Shown piece after piece: positions 30,175 through 39,316 of a stretch of DNA of 64,000 nucleotides. The position numbers and the translations under genes are program-made. The stretch comes from Candidatus Uhrbacteria bacterium CG10_big_fil_rev_8_21_14_0_10_50_16. GTDB lineage: Bacteria; Patescibacteriota; Patescibacteriia; UBA9934; UBA11717. Positions within the stretch are counted from its first letter, which is position 1. Each line of letters opens with the position of its first letter. The stretch is from the NCBI GenBank assembly GCA_002774875.1, contig PCYM01000006.1, positions 17,434-81,433 on the forward strand, written 5' to 3'. A model generated the notes under the pieces. That model was not told the DNA's origin. It did not search any database and saw only the letters and a list, made by a program, of their open reading frames with translations.

Positions 30175-30480
30175 ATGTCGGGTGATCTAAAATGCAGCTT
30201 CTGCGGCAGGAAGCCAAAGGAAGTTCGGGCCATGGTCAAGAGTCCAGACGCGAACATCTGCAACGAGTGCACGCTGTTGTGTCTCGATGTGATGCAAGAC
30301 AGCGGGATGGACGACCCTGTTCGCCGTGCCGATATCAAGGGGGAGCTCCGCTGGTTGATCTTCGGGGAAGCAGAGGATGGGAGCGAGTGCGATCCCAACA
30401 GCGAGAGACTCATCCTGGTGAGGGAGGTGATCGCCGAGCATCAAGCGAAGGTGGTCAGTGAGGACAAGCCGACCGACTGA
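30175..30480 (+). CDS. stand-alone ClpX-type C4 zinc-finger (ZBD) protein
   Basis: LKCSFCGRKPKEVRAMVKSPDANICNECTLLCLDVM matches the ClpX N-terminal zinc-binding domain (CSFCGK...ICDEC..LC). No AAA+ module; acidic tail; RBS AGGGAG; GC ~58%. Confidence 0.6.
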   Translation: MSGDLKCSFCGRKPKEVRAMVKSPDANICNECTLLCLDVMQDSGMDDPVRRADIKGELRWLIFGEAEDGSECDPNSERLILVREVIAEHQAKVVSEDKPTD

Positions 30481-30833
30481 GGTCGCTCAACCGTCCAACC
30501 GAGACAGCTACACGAGCTGCCTACTCCGGTGGGCGGTTTCGTGTTTTATATTGATCTCACTTTATATTTAACCTGCGTAACCAAAACGCATGTGTTTGAA
30601 GATAAGCCTCCTCGACGAAGTATTTCAGCAATTAGGAGCGAGGAGTTGTGCAAAAATAAGGGACAAGCCGGCGCCATGCTTACAAGACCTTATCTCTGAC
30701 AAGCTGTCTTCTGCGTGCGAACGCACGCAGAGTGGCGTGGCCTGCCGAGTCACTTATTTTTGCACCACTCCGGGCGCTCCTTGACGTAGACCCACATTTT
30801 GGCTATTGTTCCGGCACAAAATCAATTACACGT

Positions 30834-32129
30834 ATGGATATAAAGCGCGAAACCGTTTCTGATTCCGAGGTAAAACTTACCATTACCATCTCTCCGGAGG
30901 AGGTGCAGCCATTTTTGGTGACGGCCGCACGTCATATCTCCGAGCACATGAATATTGATGGATTCCGTCGTGGAAAAGCTCCTTACGAGGCAATCGTGAA
31001 TAATGTTGGAGAGATGCGTGTGTTAGAAGAGGCGATTGAGCCAATGGTGCGTTTGCACGTGGCAAAGGCGTTAATGGACGAGAAGATTGAATCAATTGGC
31101 CAACCACGCGTAGATATTGAGAAGATGGTGCCAGGAAATGAACTTGTGTTTACGGCAACTGTTACGCTTATGCCAGAGGTAAGCAAGATTGCCTCATATG
31201 ACAAATTGACTGTTGAGGGGAAATCAACGAAGGCGGAAGAAAAAGATATTGAGAAAGCCATTAAAGAGCTTACAGGCATGCAGACCAAGGAGGTTCGTGC
31301 CCCAAAGGACACAGAGGTGACCATGGATCAAATGGTGGTCATTGATCTTGAAATGAAAAGGGATCTTGTACCCGTGGAAGGTGGATCAACACAGGGATTC
31401 CGTGTGTACATGCAAGAGGATCACTACGTTCCTGGCATGAAAGATGAGATGCTTGGGATGAAGGAAGGAGATCAGAAGGTCTTTACGCTCGCGTTTCCAA
31501 AAGAGCACTTTCAGAAGCATCTAGCAGGAGCCCCTGTGGATTTTGATGTAACGGTAAAAGAAATTTACGCGTTGGAGTCACCAACAGTGGATGATGCGTT
31601 TGCTGTGTCACTCGGACTGAAGGGTGTTGCAGATCTCCATGAAAAGATTGCCGAGAACCTAGAAAAGGAAAATGAAGAACAAGAGAAGCGACGTATAGAA
31701 CGGGAGGCGCTTGAGTTGTTGGCAGAGAAGTCCGCGTTTGGCACAATCCCAGAATTCCTTGTGGAAGATGAAGTGGAGAAGATGGTTCATGAGTTGGAGC
31801 ACGCCGTGACGTCTCGCGGTGGGGTGTTTGATGACTACATGAAGTCGCTTGGGAAAACGGCGGGAGAGCTACGGGAGGGGATGCGCGACCAAGGGCTATT
31901 GCGCGTAAAGGTTGCATTGTTGCTCCGCGCGATTGGAACCAAAGAAGGATTGGATGTAAGTAACGACGACGTACAAGAGGAGATTGAGAAGCAGCTTGCT
32001 CTTTATAAGGAGGATGATGAAGCACGCGATAAGCTTTCCTCGGATGCGTATAGGGACTATATGCGCTACCGAATGCGTAATGAGAAGGTTGTAGATTTTC
32101 TCTTGGAGAAAATGGTGAAAAAGGCGTAG
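30834..32129 (+). CDS. tig: trigger factor
   Basis: Start placed at MDIKRETVSDSEVKLTITIS; the GFRRGKAPYEAIVNNVG ribosome-binding signature; PPIase and C-terminal arm domains. Confidence 0.9.
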   Translation: MDIKRETVSDSEVKLTITISPEEVQPFLVTAARHISEHMNIDGFRRGKAPYEAIVNNVGEMRVLEEAIEPMVRLHVAKALMDEKIESIGQPRVDIEKMVPGNELVFTATVTLMPEVSKIASYDKLTVEGKSTKAEEKDIEKAIKELTGMQTKEVRAPKDTEVTMDQMVVIDLEMKRDLVPVEGGSTQGFRVYMQEDHYVPGMKDEMLGMKEGDQKVFTLAFPKEHFQKHLAGAPVDFDVTVKEIYALESPTVDDAFAVSLGLKGVADLHEKIAENLEKENEEQEKRRIEREALELLAEKSAFGTIPEFLVEDEVEKMVHELEHAVTSRGGVFDDYMKSLGKTAGELREGMRDQGLLRVKVALLLRAIGTKEGLDVSNDDVQEEIEKQLALYKEDDEARDKLSSDAYRDYMRYRMRNEKVVDFLLEKMVKKA

Positions 32130-32142
32130 GAGATGTTAAAAT

Positions 32143-32167
32143 GAGGCTGTTACGGCCTCGTTTTTTT
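32143..32167 (+). terminator. rho-independent terminator after tig
   Basis: GAGGC-TGTTACG-GCCTC followed by GTTTTTTTC. Confidence 0.6.
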
Positions 32168-32265
32168 CATGATCATTTAACCATACCTATCCTCGAGCTG
32201 TGACAGGCTAGATTCCTTCGCCGACTTGTCCCTAACGTAGCACAACGTGCGAAGTGAGAGCTCAT

Positions 32266-32490
32266 ACTTTAAAACACATGCGTTTTGAGAATTGCGCTCG
32301 GTGCATTGCTTTAAATAATCTGCAAGGAGTCGTCGATGTACCAGTGTATTGCCTGCGTCTGCTAAAGATTGGGTCGACGCCCAACACGGATTATTTAGAA
32401 GCAACACGCCTCGCTCCTACATTGCTAAACTTCTTCGCTGAGTTCATTCATCTTCAAACACACGTGTTCTCGGGGGCGAAGTCTAGATGA
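32266..32490. repeat. intergenic repeat, family B copy 1 (related to 37897-38030)
   Basis: Shared segments CGCTCC(C)TACATTGC..GAACT..CTTCG..GAG..TCTTCAAACACA and TGTTCTCGGGG(G/A)CGAAG, plus AAACACAnGCGTTTTGAGAAnnnTGCGCT. Confidence 0.5.
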
Positions 32491-32574
32491 GATTAGAAAT
32501 TTAAGCCGAAATCTGTACGACTGTGAGAAAATCACCTTAAGTTGATAGGAGCAGAAGTTGGTAATTTGATATCT

Positions 32575-32841
32575 ATGAAACTCAATGTAAAAGCGATCCC
32601 GGGAGCACAGCGAACGGAGGTCATGGGATGGTTGGACGAGACCACGGTAAAGATTCGTCTCAACGCGCAGCCAGAAAAAGGAAAAGCAAATGCAGAACTG
32701 ATTGCATTTCTGGCAAAGCAACTCGGGATTGCAAAATCATCTTGTACGGTTTTGCGCGGCACGACGTCGCGTGACAAAGTCGTTGGGCTGCCCGAAAGAG
32801 AATGGGAGGAGCTGCGTGCAATTTTACAAAAACCCATGTAA
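32575..32841 (+). CDS. DUF167/YggU-family protein
   Basis: MKLNVKAIPGAQRTEV...EKGKANAELIAFLAKQLGIAKSSCTVLRGTTSRDK matches the YggU/UPF0235 pattern. Confidence 0.7.
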   Translation: MKLNVKAIPGAQRTEVMGWLDETTVKIRLNAQPEKGKANAELIAFLAKQLGIAKSSCTVLRGTTSRDKVVGLPEREWEELRAILQKPM

Positions 32842-32891
32842 CAGAGAACCCCGGCACGCCAGGATTCTCGTGTCGGGGTTGAGGTTGAGGA

Positions 32892-33113
32892 TCAGACATG
32901 CACCACTCCCTCAAAAGGAGTCTGTGCGATGATCCGGAAGCGTGGCTGGTTGGTGTCTGGGTCGCGCGAGACAATCTCTATGGAGACGACCTCCGGGTTG
33001 GGGAAGCCGGCCGTGCGCAGCTGCTCGCGGATCTCGAATTCGTTGCTTGCGGTCGACGCAACTTGTAACAAGAAGAGGAACAGTTCGTGAGCCTTGGAGA
33101 TGTCGGGTTTCAT
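32892..33113 (-). CDS. hypothetical small protein (GC-rich)
   Basis: 73 aa from MKPDISKAHELF, RBS AAGGGGG; GC ~57% versus the ~49% backbone; no recognisable family. Confidence 0.4.
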   Translation of the reverse strand: MKPDISKAHELFLFLLQVASTASNEFEIREQLRTAGFPNPEVVSIEIVSRDPDTNQPRFRIIAQTPFEGVVHV

Positions 33114-33201
33114 GGGACCCCCTTTCAACGAGACCGTACGCCTTGTTGCTGCCCGTGTCAATGATTGACGCAAGCGCTCATTTTGCTATAGTCCAACAAC
33201 T

Positions 33202-34419
33202 ATGGACCAGAACAAACACGTCTACTTGGATCACGCCGCCACCACACCACTCGCGCCAGAAGTATTGGAGGCTATGATGCCCTATTTACAGGAGACTTAC
33301 GGGAATCCTGGGAGTTTTCATTCCATTGGCAAACAGGCAAACGACGCGGTGATTGCGGCTCGCGAGGGAATTGCGGAGTTGCTTGCTTGTAGGTCTGATG
33401 AGATCTTGTTTACAAGCGGTGGTACGGAAAGTGATAATTTGGCAATTTTGGGATACGCGCGCGCCATGGCAAGTAAAGGTAAACATCTTGTAACGACGTC
33501 TATTGAACACCACGCGGTGTTGGAGGCAATGCAGCATTTGGAACGCAAGGAAGGATTTGAATTAACGATTGTCCCTGTAGAGAAAAACGGGATTGTAAAT
33601 GCGCAGGCGGTGTTGGATGTGATCAGAGAGGACACAACCATCGTATCGGTTATGTTGGTCAACAATGAGATTGGAACGATTCAACCCGTTGCCGATATTG
33701 GACGGGCGATTGAGAAGAAAAAACAAGAGGGGCACGCGCAACACGTGGCATTTCATACGGATGCGTGTCAGGCAGCGGCGTACTTGGACTTGGACGTGCG
33801 CAAACTACACGTGGATCTTCTCTCGTTGAATGGATCAAAAGTCTATGGACCAAAAGGATCCGGTCTTCTCTATGTAAAGCGCGGTGTTAAACTCACGCCA
33901 TTGCAATTTGGTGGTGCGCAGGAGCGTGGATTGCGGCCAGGTACGGAGAACGTTGCGGGGAGTGTTGGCCTTTGCAAGGCGTTACAACTCGCGGTGGATC
34001 GACGTGAGGAAGATACGGATCATTCGCAGCCATTACAAGCGCGACTCATTGATGGTGTTCTTTCAACGATTTCCAAGACGCGACTTAATGGCGACCGTGC
34101 GCAACGGATCCCAAACAACGTCAACATCTCCTTTATGGATTTAGAGGGCGAAGCGCTATTGCTTTATTTAGATGCGGTAGGTGTCTATGCCTCTACGGGG
34201 AGTGCATGTACGAGCGCGTCGTTGGATCCATCACACGTGATTTTGGCACTCGGCATGCCGTTTGAGGTGGCACACGGCAGTATGCGATTTTCGCTCGGTC
34301 GATCTACAACGATGGCGGATATTGAGTACCTTTTAGAGGTGTTACCACCCCTTGTGGAGCGTTTACGTGCCATGAGCCCTGTTTGTGTAGATGAGAAGTA
34401 TTTTGAATTAGAAGCGTAA
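33202..34419 (+). CDS. iscS: cysteine desulfurase (NifS/IscS, class V aminotransferase)
   Basis: VYLDHAATTPLAPEVLEAM, PLP-lysine region, and a C-terminal active-site Cys loop (GSACTSASLDPSHVIL). Confidence 0.9.
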   Translation: MDQNKHVYLDHAATTPLAPEVLEAMMPYLQETYGNPGSFHSIGKQANDAVIAAREGIAELLACRSDEILFTSGGTESDNLAILGYARAMASKGKHLVTTSIEHHAVLEAMQHLERKEGFELTIVPVEKNGIVNAQAVLDVIREDTTIVSVMLVNNEIGTIQPVADIGRAIEKKKQEGHAQHVAFHTDACQAAAYLDLDVRKLHVDLLSLNGSKVYGPKGSGLLYVKRGVKLTPLQFGGAQERGLRPGTENVAGSVGLCKALQLAVDRREEDTDHSQPLQARLIDGVLSTISKTRLNGDRAQRIPNNVNISFMDLEGEALLLYLDAVGVYASTGSACTSASLDPSHVILALGMPFEVAHGSMRFSLGRSTTMADIEYLLEVLPPLVERLRAMSPVCVDEKYFELEA

Positions 34420-34423
34420 GACT

Positions 34424-35110
34424 ATGGCAGACTACAAATCAGAAGCCGTCCAAGGGAGACAGGGAGATGTGTCTTCACAAAGTGGCGCGGAGTCTTGGTT
34501 TTATTCCGACGCGGTAAAGGAACATTTCTTTAGCCCAAAAAACTTCGTGATGGGCGAGGAAGACATGTCAGCATACAATGCTATCGGAAAAGTAGGGTCA
34601 CCCGCCTGTGGAGATGAGCTACGCGTGTGGATGAAGGTCGACGCAAACACAGAACGCATTGCCGATTTTCGGTGGAAAACATTTGGATGCGGGTCGGCCA
34701 TCGCGTCTACGTCCATGGCAAGCGTGATGGTTACAGAGAACGGTGGGATGACGCTGGACGAGGCGCGTAAACTCAAACCGCAAGATATTATGGAGCGATT
34801 GGGTGGACTGCCAACGCGAAAGTTTCACTGTTCGGTACTGTGCGACAAGGCCCTGCGTGATGCAATTAATGACTACTATCGTCGAACCGATCAGTTTGAT
34901 AAAATCATTGTAGCCGCAAAACGATTAGTCGATCCTGTCTCGCAAGTTACGGATCACGACATTGAGGAGGCCGTGCTAGACGGCGCTATTACCTTGGAGG
35001 CCGTGCAACAACGCACAAAAGTAGGCATTGGAAACCCAACGTGTTTACCAGCAGTAGAAGAATTAATCCGGTTTTATAGAGAAAAATATTTTGGAGCTGA
35101 TACCCTATGA
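34424..35110 (+). CDS. NifU/IscU-like Fe-S scaffold with a C-terminal extension
   Basis: IscU core with 3 Cys (PACGDELRV, FGCGSAIA, HCSVLC) plus a ~90-aa C-terminal domain. Confidence 0.85.
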   Translation: MADYKSEAVQGRQGDVSSQSGAESWFYSDAVKEHFFSPKNFVMGEEDMSAYNAIGKVGSPACGDELRVWMKVDANTERIADFRWKTFGCGSAIASTSMASVMVTENGGMTLDEARKLKPQDIMERLGGLPTRKFHCSVLCDKALRDAINDYYRRTDQFDKIIVAAKRLVDPVSQVTDHDIEEAVLDGAITLEAVQQRTKVGIGNPTCLPAVEELIRFYREKYFGADTL

Positions 35111-35376
35111 CCAATTACCGAATCCGTGTTGACGAAGACTTGTGCATTGGAGCGGCATCATGCGTGACCATTGCTCCGGAGATTTTTCAACTTAACGCCG
35201 AGAATAAAGCGATTGTGCTTGATCCGACACAGACGGACCTCTCAGAAACGTACGAGCGCTGGGTGATGTTGGACGAGGAAGGGTACGAGAATCTGTTACT
35301 TGGTGCGCAGTCGTGCCCAACACTTGCCATCTTTATTTACAACGAGGCGGGAGAGCAACTGTTTCCAGAAATGTAG
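35107..35376 (+). CDS. small single-cluster ferredoxin
   Basis: 89 aa; CIGAASC...SCP has ferredoxin-type spacing. Confidence 0.7.
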   Translation: MTNYRIRVDEDLCIGAASCVTIAPEIFQLNAENKAIVLDPTQTDLSETYERWVMLDEEGYENLLLGAQSCPTLAIFIYNEAGEQLFPEM

Positions 35377-35382
35377 TAAAAA

Positions 35383-35407
35383 CCCCCGGGACATGCCGGG
35401 GGTTTTG
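35383..35407. terminator. bidirectional rho-independent terminator
   Basis: CCCCCGG-GACATG-CCGGGGG flanked by A-run and T-run, between convergent genes. Confidence 0.65.
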
Positions 35408-35409
35408 GT

Positions 35410-36480
35410 TTACGCGAGTTGTTCTTTAAAGTAGTCGACCCAAGGGATTGGAGATGGATCTACCCCATTGAGCGTCCCGAGATAAAAGCTCACATAGCTG
35501 CTTAATTGAAGAGCTGCGAGCGCTTGCTCTAACTTTGTCTCTCCCAGGACATCAATGACGTGCACGGCAATCTCACTCTTCTTTAATACCTTCGCCGTAA
35601 TTTCGTGCCGCTTTTGATTGCGCGTGTGATAAAGGTTTGAGGCAAAGAGCACGAACGCAAGCTTCTTGGCCTCTTCCGGGTGCTGAAGCCCCTCTAGGAG
35701 ATGATGATTCATCTCGGGAATTTCATGCCAATCACTGTAGCATTTTGAGCTTTCATGCGTCTGATTTCGTGCTGTTAACGCATTTCCTACCAAATGCTCA
35801 CTCGCGACAAATACGGGAACGAGACCTTGTAAACTCACGGCTAATTTTTTTGCAATGTTTTTTGACTGAGGAACGGCAGCAGACCATGCTTCGCTGAGTC
35901 CGAGTGTATGACTCACGGCTTGTTTGACGGCATTGTCGCTTAATCGTAGATAGCTAAGTTGTTTAAGGATTCCAAGTTCTGCAAAGAGGGTAAGGCCAAT
36001 GCCCATACGTGGCATGTTGGCAGGATTGGTCAGAAAATCACTAAAAATATAGGCCGGTACCTTTGCACGCTTAGCCGCTTTTTCCAACCTACCACCACTT
36101 GCGATCACAACCGTCGCGCAATGCCGTGAGACGGATTGCTTACACATCGAAAGCGCCTCCTCTGTAGATCCGCTATAGGAGACGACAATAACGAGTGTTT
36201 GTCGATTAACCCATTTTGGCAAGTCATAATCATTGAGGACGATGAGGGGGATATTCATCTCATGACCAAAGATCGCATTTACCAAATGCCCGCCTAGTCC
36301 GGATCCGCCCATGCCAGCTACGACGACTTCTGTACAGCTGAGATAATGTTTTGGGAAAACCATACTCTTCGTCTCGCTCCAGGCTTGCGCACACTGCTCT
36401 GGAAACATAGAGATGGACATAAGCGCATTAGATCCGTCGAGTTGTTCGTAGGTTGATTTTGTATTAAGGGGGAGAGGCAT
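35410..36480 (-). CDS. bifunctional phosphoglucose/phosphomannose isomerase (SIS domain, archaeal type)
   Basis: 356 aa; VVAGMGGSGLGGHLV and VSYSGSTEEAL SIS motifs. Its length and layout match the PGI/PMI family. Confidence 0.8.
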   Translation of the reverse strand: MPLPLNTKSTYEQLDGSNALMSISMFPEQCAQAWSETKSMVFPKHYLSCTEVVVAGMGGSGLGGHLVNAIFGHEMNIPLIVLNDYDLPKWVNRQTLVIVVSYSGSTEEALSMCKQSVSRHCATVVIASGGRLEKAAKRAKVPAYIFSDFLTNPANMPRMGIGLTLFAELGILKQLSYLRLSDNAVKQAVSHTLGLSEAWSAAVPQSKNIAKKLAVSLQGLVPVFVASEHLVGNALTARNQTHESSKCYSDWHEIPEMNHHLLEGLQHPEEAKKLAFVLFASNLYHTRNQKRHEITAKVLKKSEIAVHVIDVLGETKLEQALAALQLSSYVSFYLGTLNGVDPSPIPWVDYFKEQLA

Positions 36481-36518
36481 AGGGTACGTGTTATGTGTGA
36501 AGTGAATGGGTAGGATGG

Positions 36519-37721
36519 TTAAAACTCTCGTAGATCGATTGTTGTGTCAGAAAGGGGTCGCGATAGTTCACAGAGCCGTTGTTTTGATTTGATCAGAGCA
36601 ATGATTGGAGCGCGATCGGTGTTGTGTTTAAGGAGCGATGCACCGACGACGCGATCTCCTCGCACAAAGAGCAGCGTGCGACCGTCGCCATAATCACGGG
36701 CTAATACCTGTTCGGCGTGTACAATGTTTGCATCTCCAATTGCCACAATATCAATCCCTAGCACATGCGTGGCATAGGAGGAAACGAGCTCAAACGGTGC
36801 GCGCTCACCTGTCATAACCTTTGCAACATGTCGACCCTGCATCTGTGCATTCATCCAATTACCAATGTGCACTTGGCGATTAACAATTGTGTCCATATAC
36901 TCGGTACAATCACCTGCCGCGTAAATATCGGTGACGTTTGTTTCTAAAAACTCGTTGGTTTTTACACCGGTTCCAACGGTAACTCCTGCATCGGACGCCC
37001 AGGAAAATTGACTGCTGATTCCAACGCCTGCGGCCAATACATCAAAGGGAAACGTCCCGTTGTCCTCCGTCTTTGCAATAGCTCCATTGTAAGAGGCAAG
37101 GGACATGTTTTTGTGAACGGTGATGTTGTGCGCTGTGAGGTGTTCCTCGAGTAGGTCGGAAGAGGCTTGGTCAAACGTGTGAGAAAAAAAGGTCGTTCCC
37201 CGCAAAAAAAGGTGCGTACTCCAGGATTTGTTGGCAAAAAGTTCGGCAAACTCCATAGCAATGAATCCACCGCCAATGAGTCCGGCTTTGAGACCTGCAG
37301 ATGTGTGATCATCCAGGAATTCCTTAATGCGGTCGGCGTCCTCGATCGTTTGAAAGTGTAAAACATGTTCCTCGCCAGGCCAGGGGAGATGACGAGTAAT
37401 TCCGCCGCCTGCGATCAGGAGTTTTGTGTAGGTATAGGTGGCGCCGGAGGTCGTTGTGACTGTTTTTGTTTGTGGATGGATGTGTTGCACCTCTTGGATA
37501 GCGAGGTGGATGTTTTGTGTTTGGTACCAATCGGGTGTTTTTAAAAAGACCCGTTCGCGAGGGGTTTTGCCAGTGATGTAGTGGGGGAGGAGCACACGCG
37601 AATAAAGTGGATGGTCCTCGTTGCTAAGGATGGTGATCTCCGATGTTGGGTCCAGCTTGCGAAGTTGTTCAGCGGCCGAAGTCCCTGCGATTCCTCCGCC
37701 AATAATCAGGTAATGGGTCAT
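36519..37721 (-). CDS. FAD-dependent pyridine nucleotide-disulfide oxidoreductase (NADH oxidase / CoA-disulfide reductase-like)
   Basis: MTHYLIIGGGIAGTSAAE Rossmann motif and a second NAD(P)-binding GGGFIAMEFA. Confidence 0.85.
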   Translation of the reverse strand: MTHYLIIGGGIAGTSAAEQLRKLDPTSEITILSNEDHPLYSRVLLPHYITGKTPRERVFLKTPDWYQTQNIHLAIQEVQHIHPQTKTVTTTSGATYTYTKLLIAGGGITRHLPWPGEEHVLHFQTIEDADRIKEFLDDHTSAGLKAGLIGGGFIAMEFAELFANKSWSTHLFLRGTTFFSHTFDQASSDLLEEHLTAHNITVHKNMSLASYNGAIAKTEDNGTFPFDVLAAGVGISSQFSWASDAGVTVGTGVKTNEFLETNVTDIYAAGDCTEYMDTIVNRQVHIGNWMNAQMQGRHVAKVMTGERAPFELVSSYATHVLGIDIVAIGDANIVHAEQVLARDYGDGRTLLFVRGDRVVGASLLKHNTDRAPIIALIKSKQRLCELSRPLSDTTIDLREF

Positions 37722-37896
37722 AGTGATTGGATTGTATCAAGGATCCCGGTCTGTATCGAGAGGTCGCTCGGATTGTGTTTAAAAAAGTGACTCGGAAGTA
37801 GAGACACGTCTTCGTGCCTTCGCACTCAGAAGACAGCTAGCCAGGAGTAAGCCTTGTACGTCTCTATCCGATTGTCCCTTTTTGTAAACACAACCC

Positions 37897-38030
37897 TTCG
37901 CTCCCTACATTGCCTGAACTCCTTCGTCGAGTACTCTTATCTTCAAACACAGTCGTTTTGAGAAGACTTGCGCTGTGGCTCCATCTTTCAAAACACCTGT
38001 GTTCTCGGGGACGAAGGCTGGATCTGATAA
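37897..38030. repeat. intergenic repeat, family B copy 2
   Basis: CGCTCCCTACATTGCCTGAACTCCTTCGTCGAGTACTCTTATCTTCAAACACAGTCGTTTTGAGAAGACTTGCGCT...TGTTCTCGGGGACGAAGGCTGGATCTGAT is collinear with 32266-32490. Confidence 0.5.
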
Positions 38031-38075
38031 GGTCCAGATCTGACCCATGCATCTCACACTTATACGAATCCTCAA

Positions 38076-38112
38076 TATTCAAATATGTGACGATCGCCCG
38101 TATTTTGAAACA
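38076..38112. repeat. palindromic element, family A (degenerate copy)
   Basis: TATTCAAATATGTGACGATCGCCCGTATTTTGAAACA: TTCAAA/TTTGAA arms around a GACGATCG core. Confidence 0.5.
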
Positions 38113-38170
38113 GGTGGTTTTAAGAGATTTCAACAAACCGCAATAAACAATGATTTAAGAGGCGATGAAG

Positions 38171-38210
38171 AAATATCAAACATGTGACGATCGGCACATG
38201 TTTGATATTT
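38171..38210. repeat. palindromic element, family A (perfect 16-bp arms)
   Basis: AAATATCAAACATGTG-ACGATCGG-CACATGTTTGATATTT. Confidence 0.6.
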
Positions 38211-38274
38211 GGACACGATAGTAATTTTTAGGATTATCTGGATGCCTGACTTCAAACTCTCAATGAAAACGAAA

Positions 38275-38299
38275 CGCGCTCCAGGATTCCTGGAGCGCG
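38275..38299 (-). terminator. rho-independent terminator at the left edge of the GC-rich island
   Basis: CGCGCTCCAGG-ATTC-CTGGAGCGCG (11-bp stem); on the minus strand it is followed by TTTCGTTTTC. Confidence 0.6.
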
Positions 38300-38384
38300 T
38301 CGTTCGTGTTCTGATCTGACTCAACCCAGGACGGGGAGTCTGTTCTCTCGCGCACGATCAGCATTGCGCGAGGTGGGGGGCGGC

Positions 38385-39200
38385 TCAGGTCTCCTCGTCG
38401 TCGGTGGCCGTCGTGGGGCGGGGGGCGAACTGGAGGAACTTCCCGCCCCTCCGAATCGGCCACCAGCCCATCACGGCATAAAAGGCGAACAAGCCTCCCA
38501 CACCGCAGAGGGCGAGCCCCATGAGGATGTAGGCCAGGGCCCACATCCCCCGAGGCTCGCCGGCGGGGTTTGTGCCGGCGCCGGCCACCATCACCGCCAG
38601 GCCCCAGAGGGCCAGGACCATGGCGGGGATGAGGGCGTAGAGCCGCAACATCCCAGCTGAGGTGGTGGTGAAGGGCTCCTTGGCGATCTTCACCACCTTC
38701 TCCTTCTTCCTCTCCACCACCTTGTAGAACACCGTCGGCTTGGTGCCGATGGTCCCGAGGTTGAGGGCCTTCTTGGCCGGTGGGGTAGACCCTCCGACAG
38801 GGGTGAAGGTGAATCTGGCCAGCTTCACCTTCTTGGCCGGAGCCGTCGGAGGGGCGGGGGCGGCCGCAGGGGCAGCTTTGGGAGCTGCCTTCGGTGCAGC
38901 CTTTGGAACTGCGGGTGCCGCGGGAGGCGGGACCGGTGCAGCCTTGGCCGCCGGCACGAGGGCGGCGCACTGCCGTGCTACCCACTCTCGCCGCGAGGTC
39001 TCCGTCTCTCCGCCGCCAAAGGGCCGGCGGAGGTTGACGGCTGCCTCCAAATCCCCCTGGAGCCCTCTGGCAGCTTCCACCCAGGCCAGGAGGTCGGGGT
39101 TGGGGGTGGTCTCGAGGATCACCATGTAGTGACCCTTTGAGACCTCGTCGGGGCCCAACGCAACGCCGGTACTCCGGAGGAGCCTGAATCTGTGGGCCAT
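38385..39200 (-). CDS. hypothetical membrane protein (island gene 1): N-domain, (KAAP)n linker, C-terminal TM hairpin
   Basis: 271 aa from MAHRFRLL with RBS AAAGGAGG; ~65% GC with GC3 bias. Pro/Ala/Lys-rich linker AAPKAAPKAAPAAAP. Two C-terminal TM helices. No recognisable family. Confidence 0.7.
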   Translation of the reverse strand: MAHRFRLLRSTGVALGPDEVSKGHYMVILETTPNPDLLAWVEAARGLQGDLEAAVNLRRPFGGGETETSRREWVARQCAALVPAAKAAPVPPPAAPAVPKAAPKAAPKAAPAAAPAPPTAPAKKVKLARFTFTPVGGSTPPAKKALNLGTIGTKPTVFYKVVERKKEKVVKIAKEPFTTTSAGMLRLYALIPAMVLALWGLAVMVAGAGTNPAGEPRGMWALAYILMGLALCGVGGLFAFYAVMGWWPIRRGGKFLQFAPRPTTATDDEET

Positions 39201-39265
39201 GCGGCCTCCTTTCCGGGCGTTTAGCCCTTGTTTTTGGGGTTTCTCACATCTTGTGTGAGCCAAGC

Positions 39266-39294
39266 AACATACCAGAAAAATGCAATTTTGTCAA
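39266..39294 (-). promoter_or_regulatory. sigma70-like promoter for island gene 1 (TTGACA-17-TATGTT on the minus strand)
   Basis: On the minus strand: TTGACAAAATTGCATTTTTCTGGTATGTT. Confidence 0.5.
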
Positions 39295-39316
39295 TGGGGG
39301 AGGTGTTTGGGTGAGG

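Noticed and set aside
35637-35897. Assorted 60-110-aa ORFs inside annotated genes on the opposite strand (e.g. 35637-35897, 24410-24892, 25923-26213)
   Set aside because: They are fully nested antisense to well-supported genes (PGI/PMI, hppA), with no RBS or coding signal.
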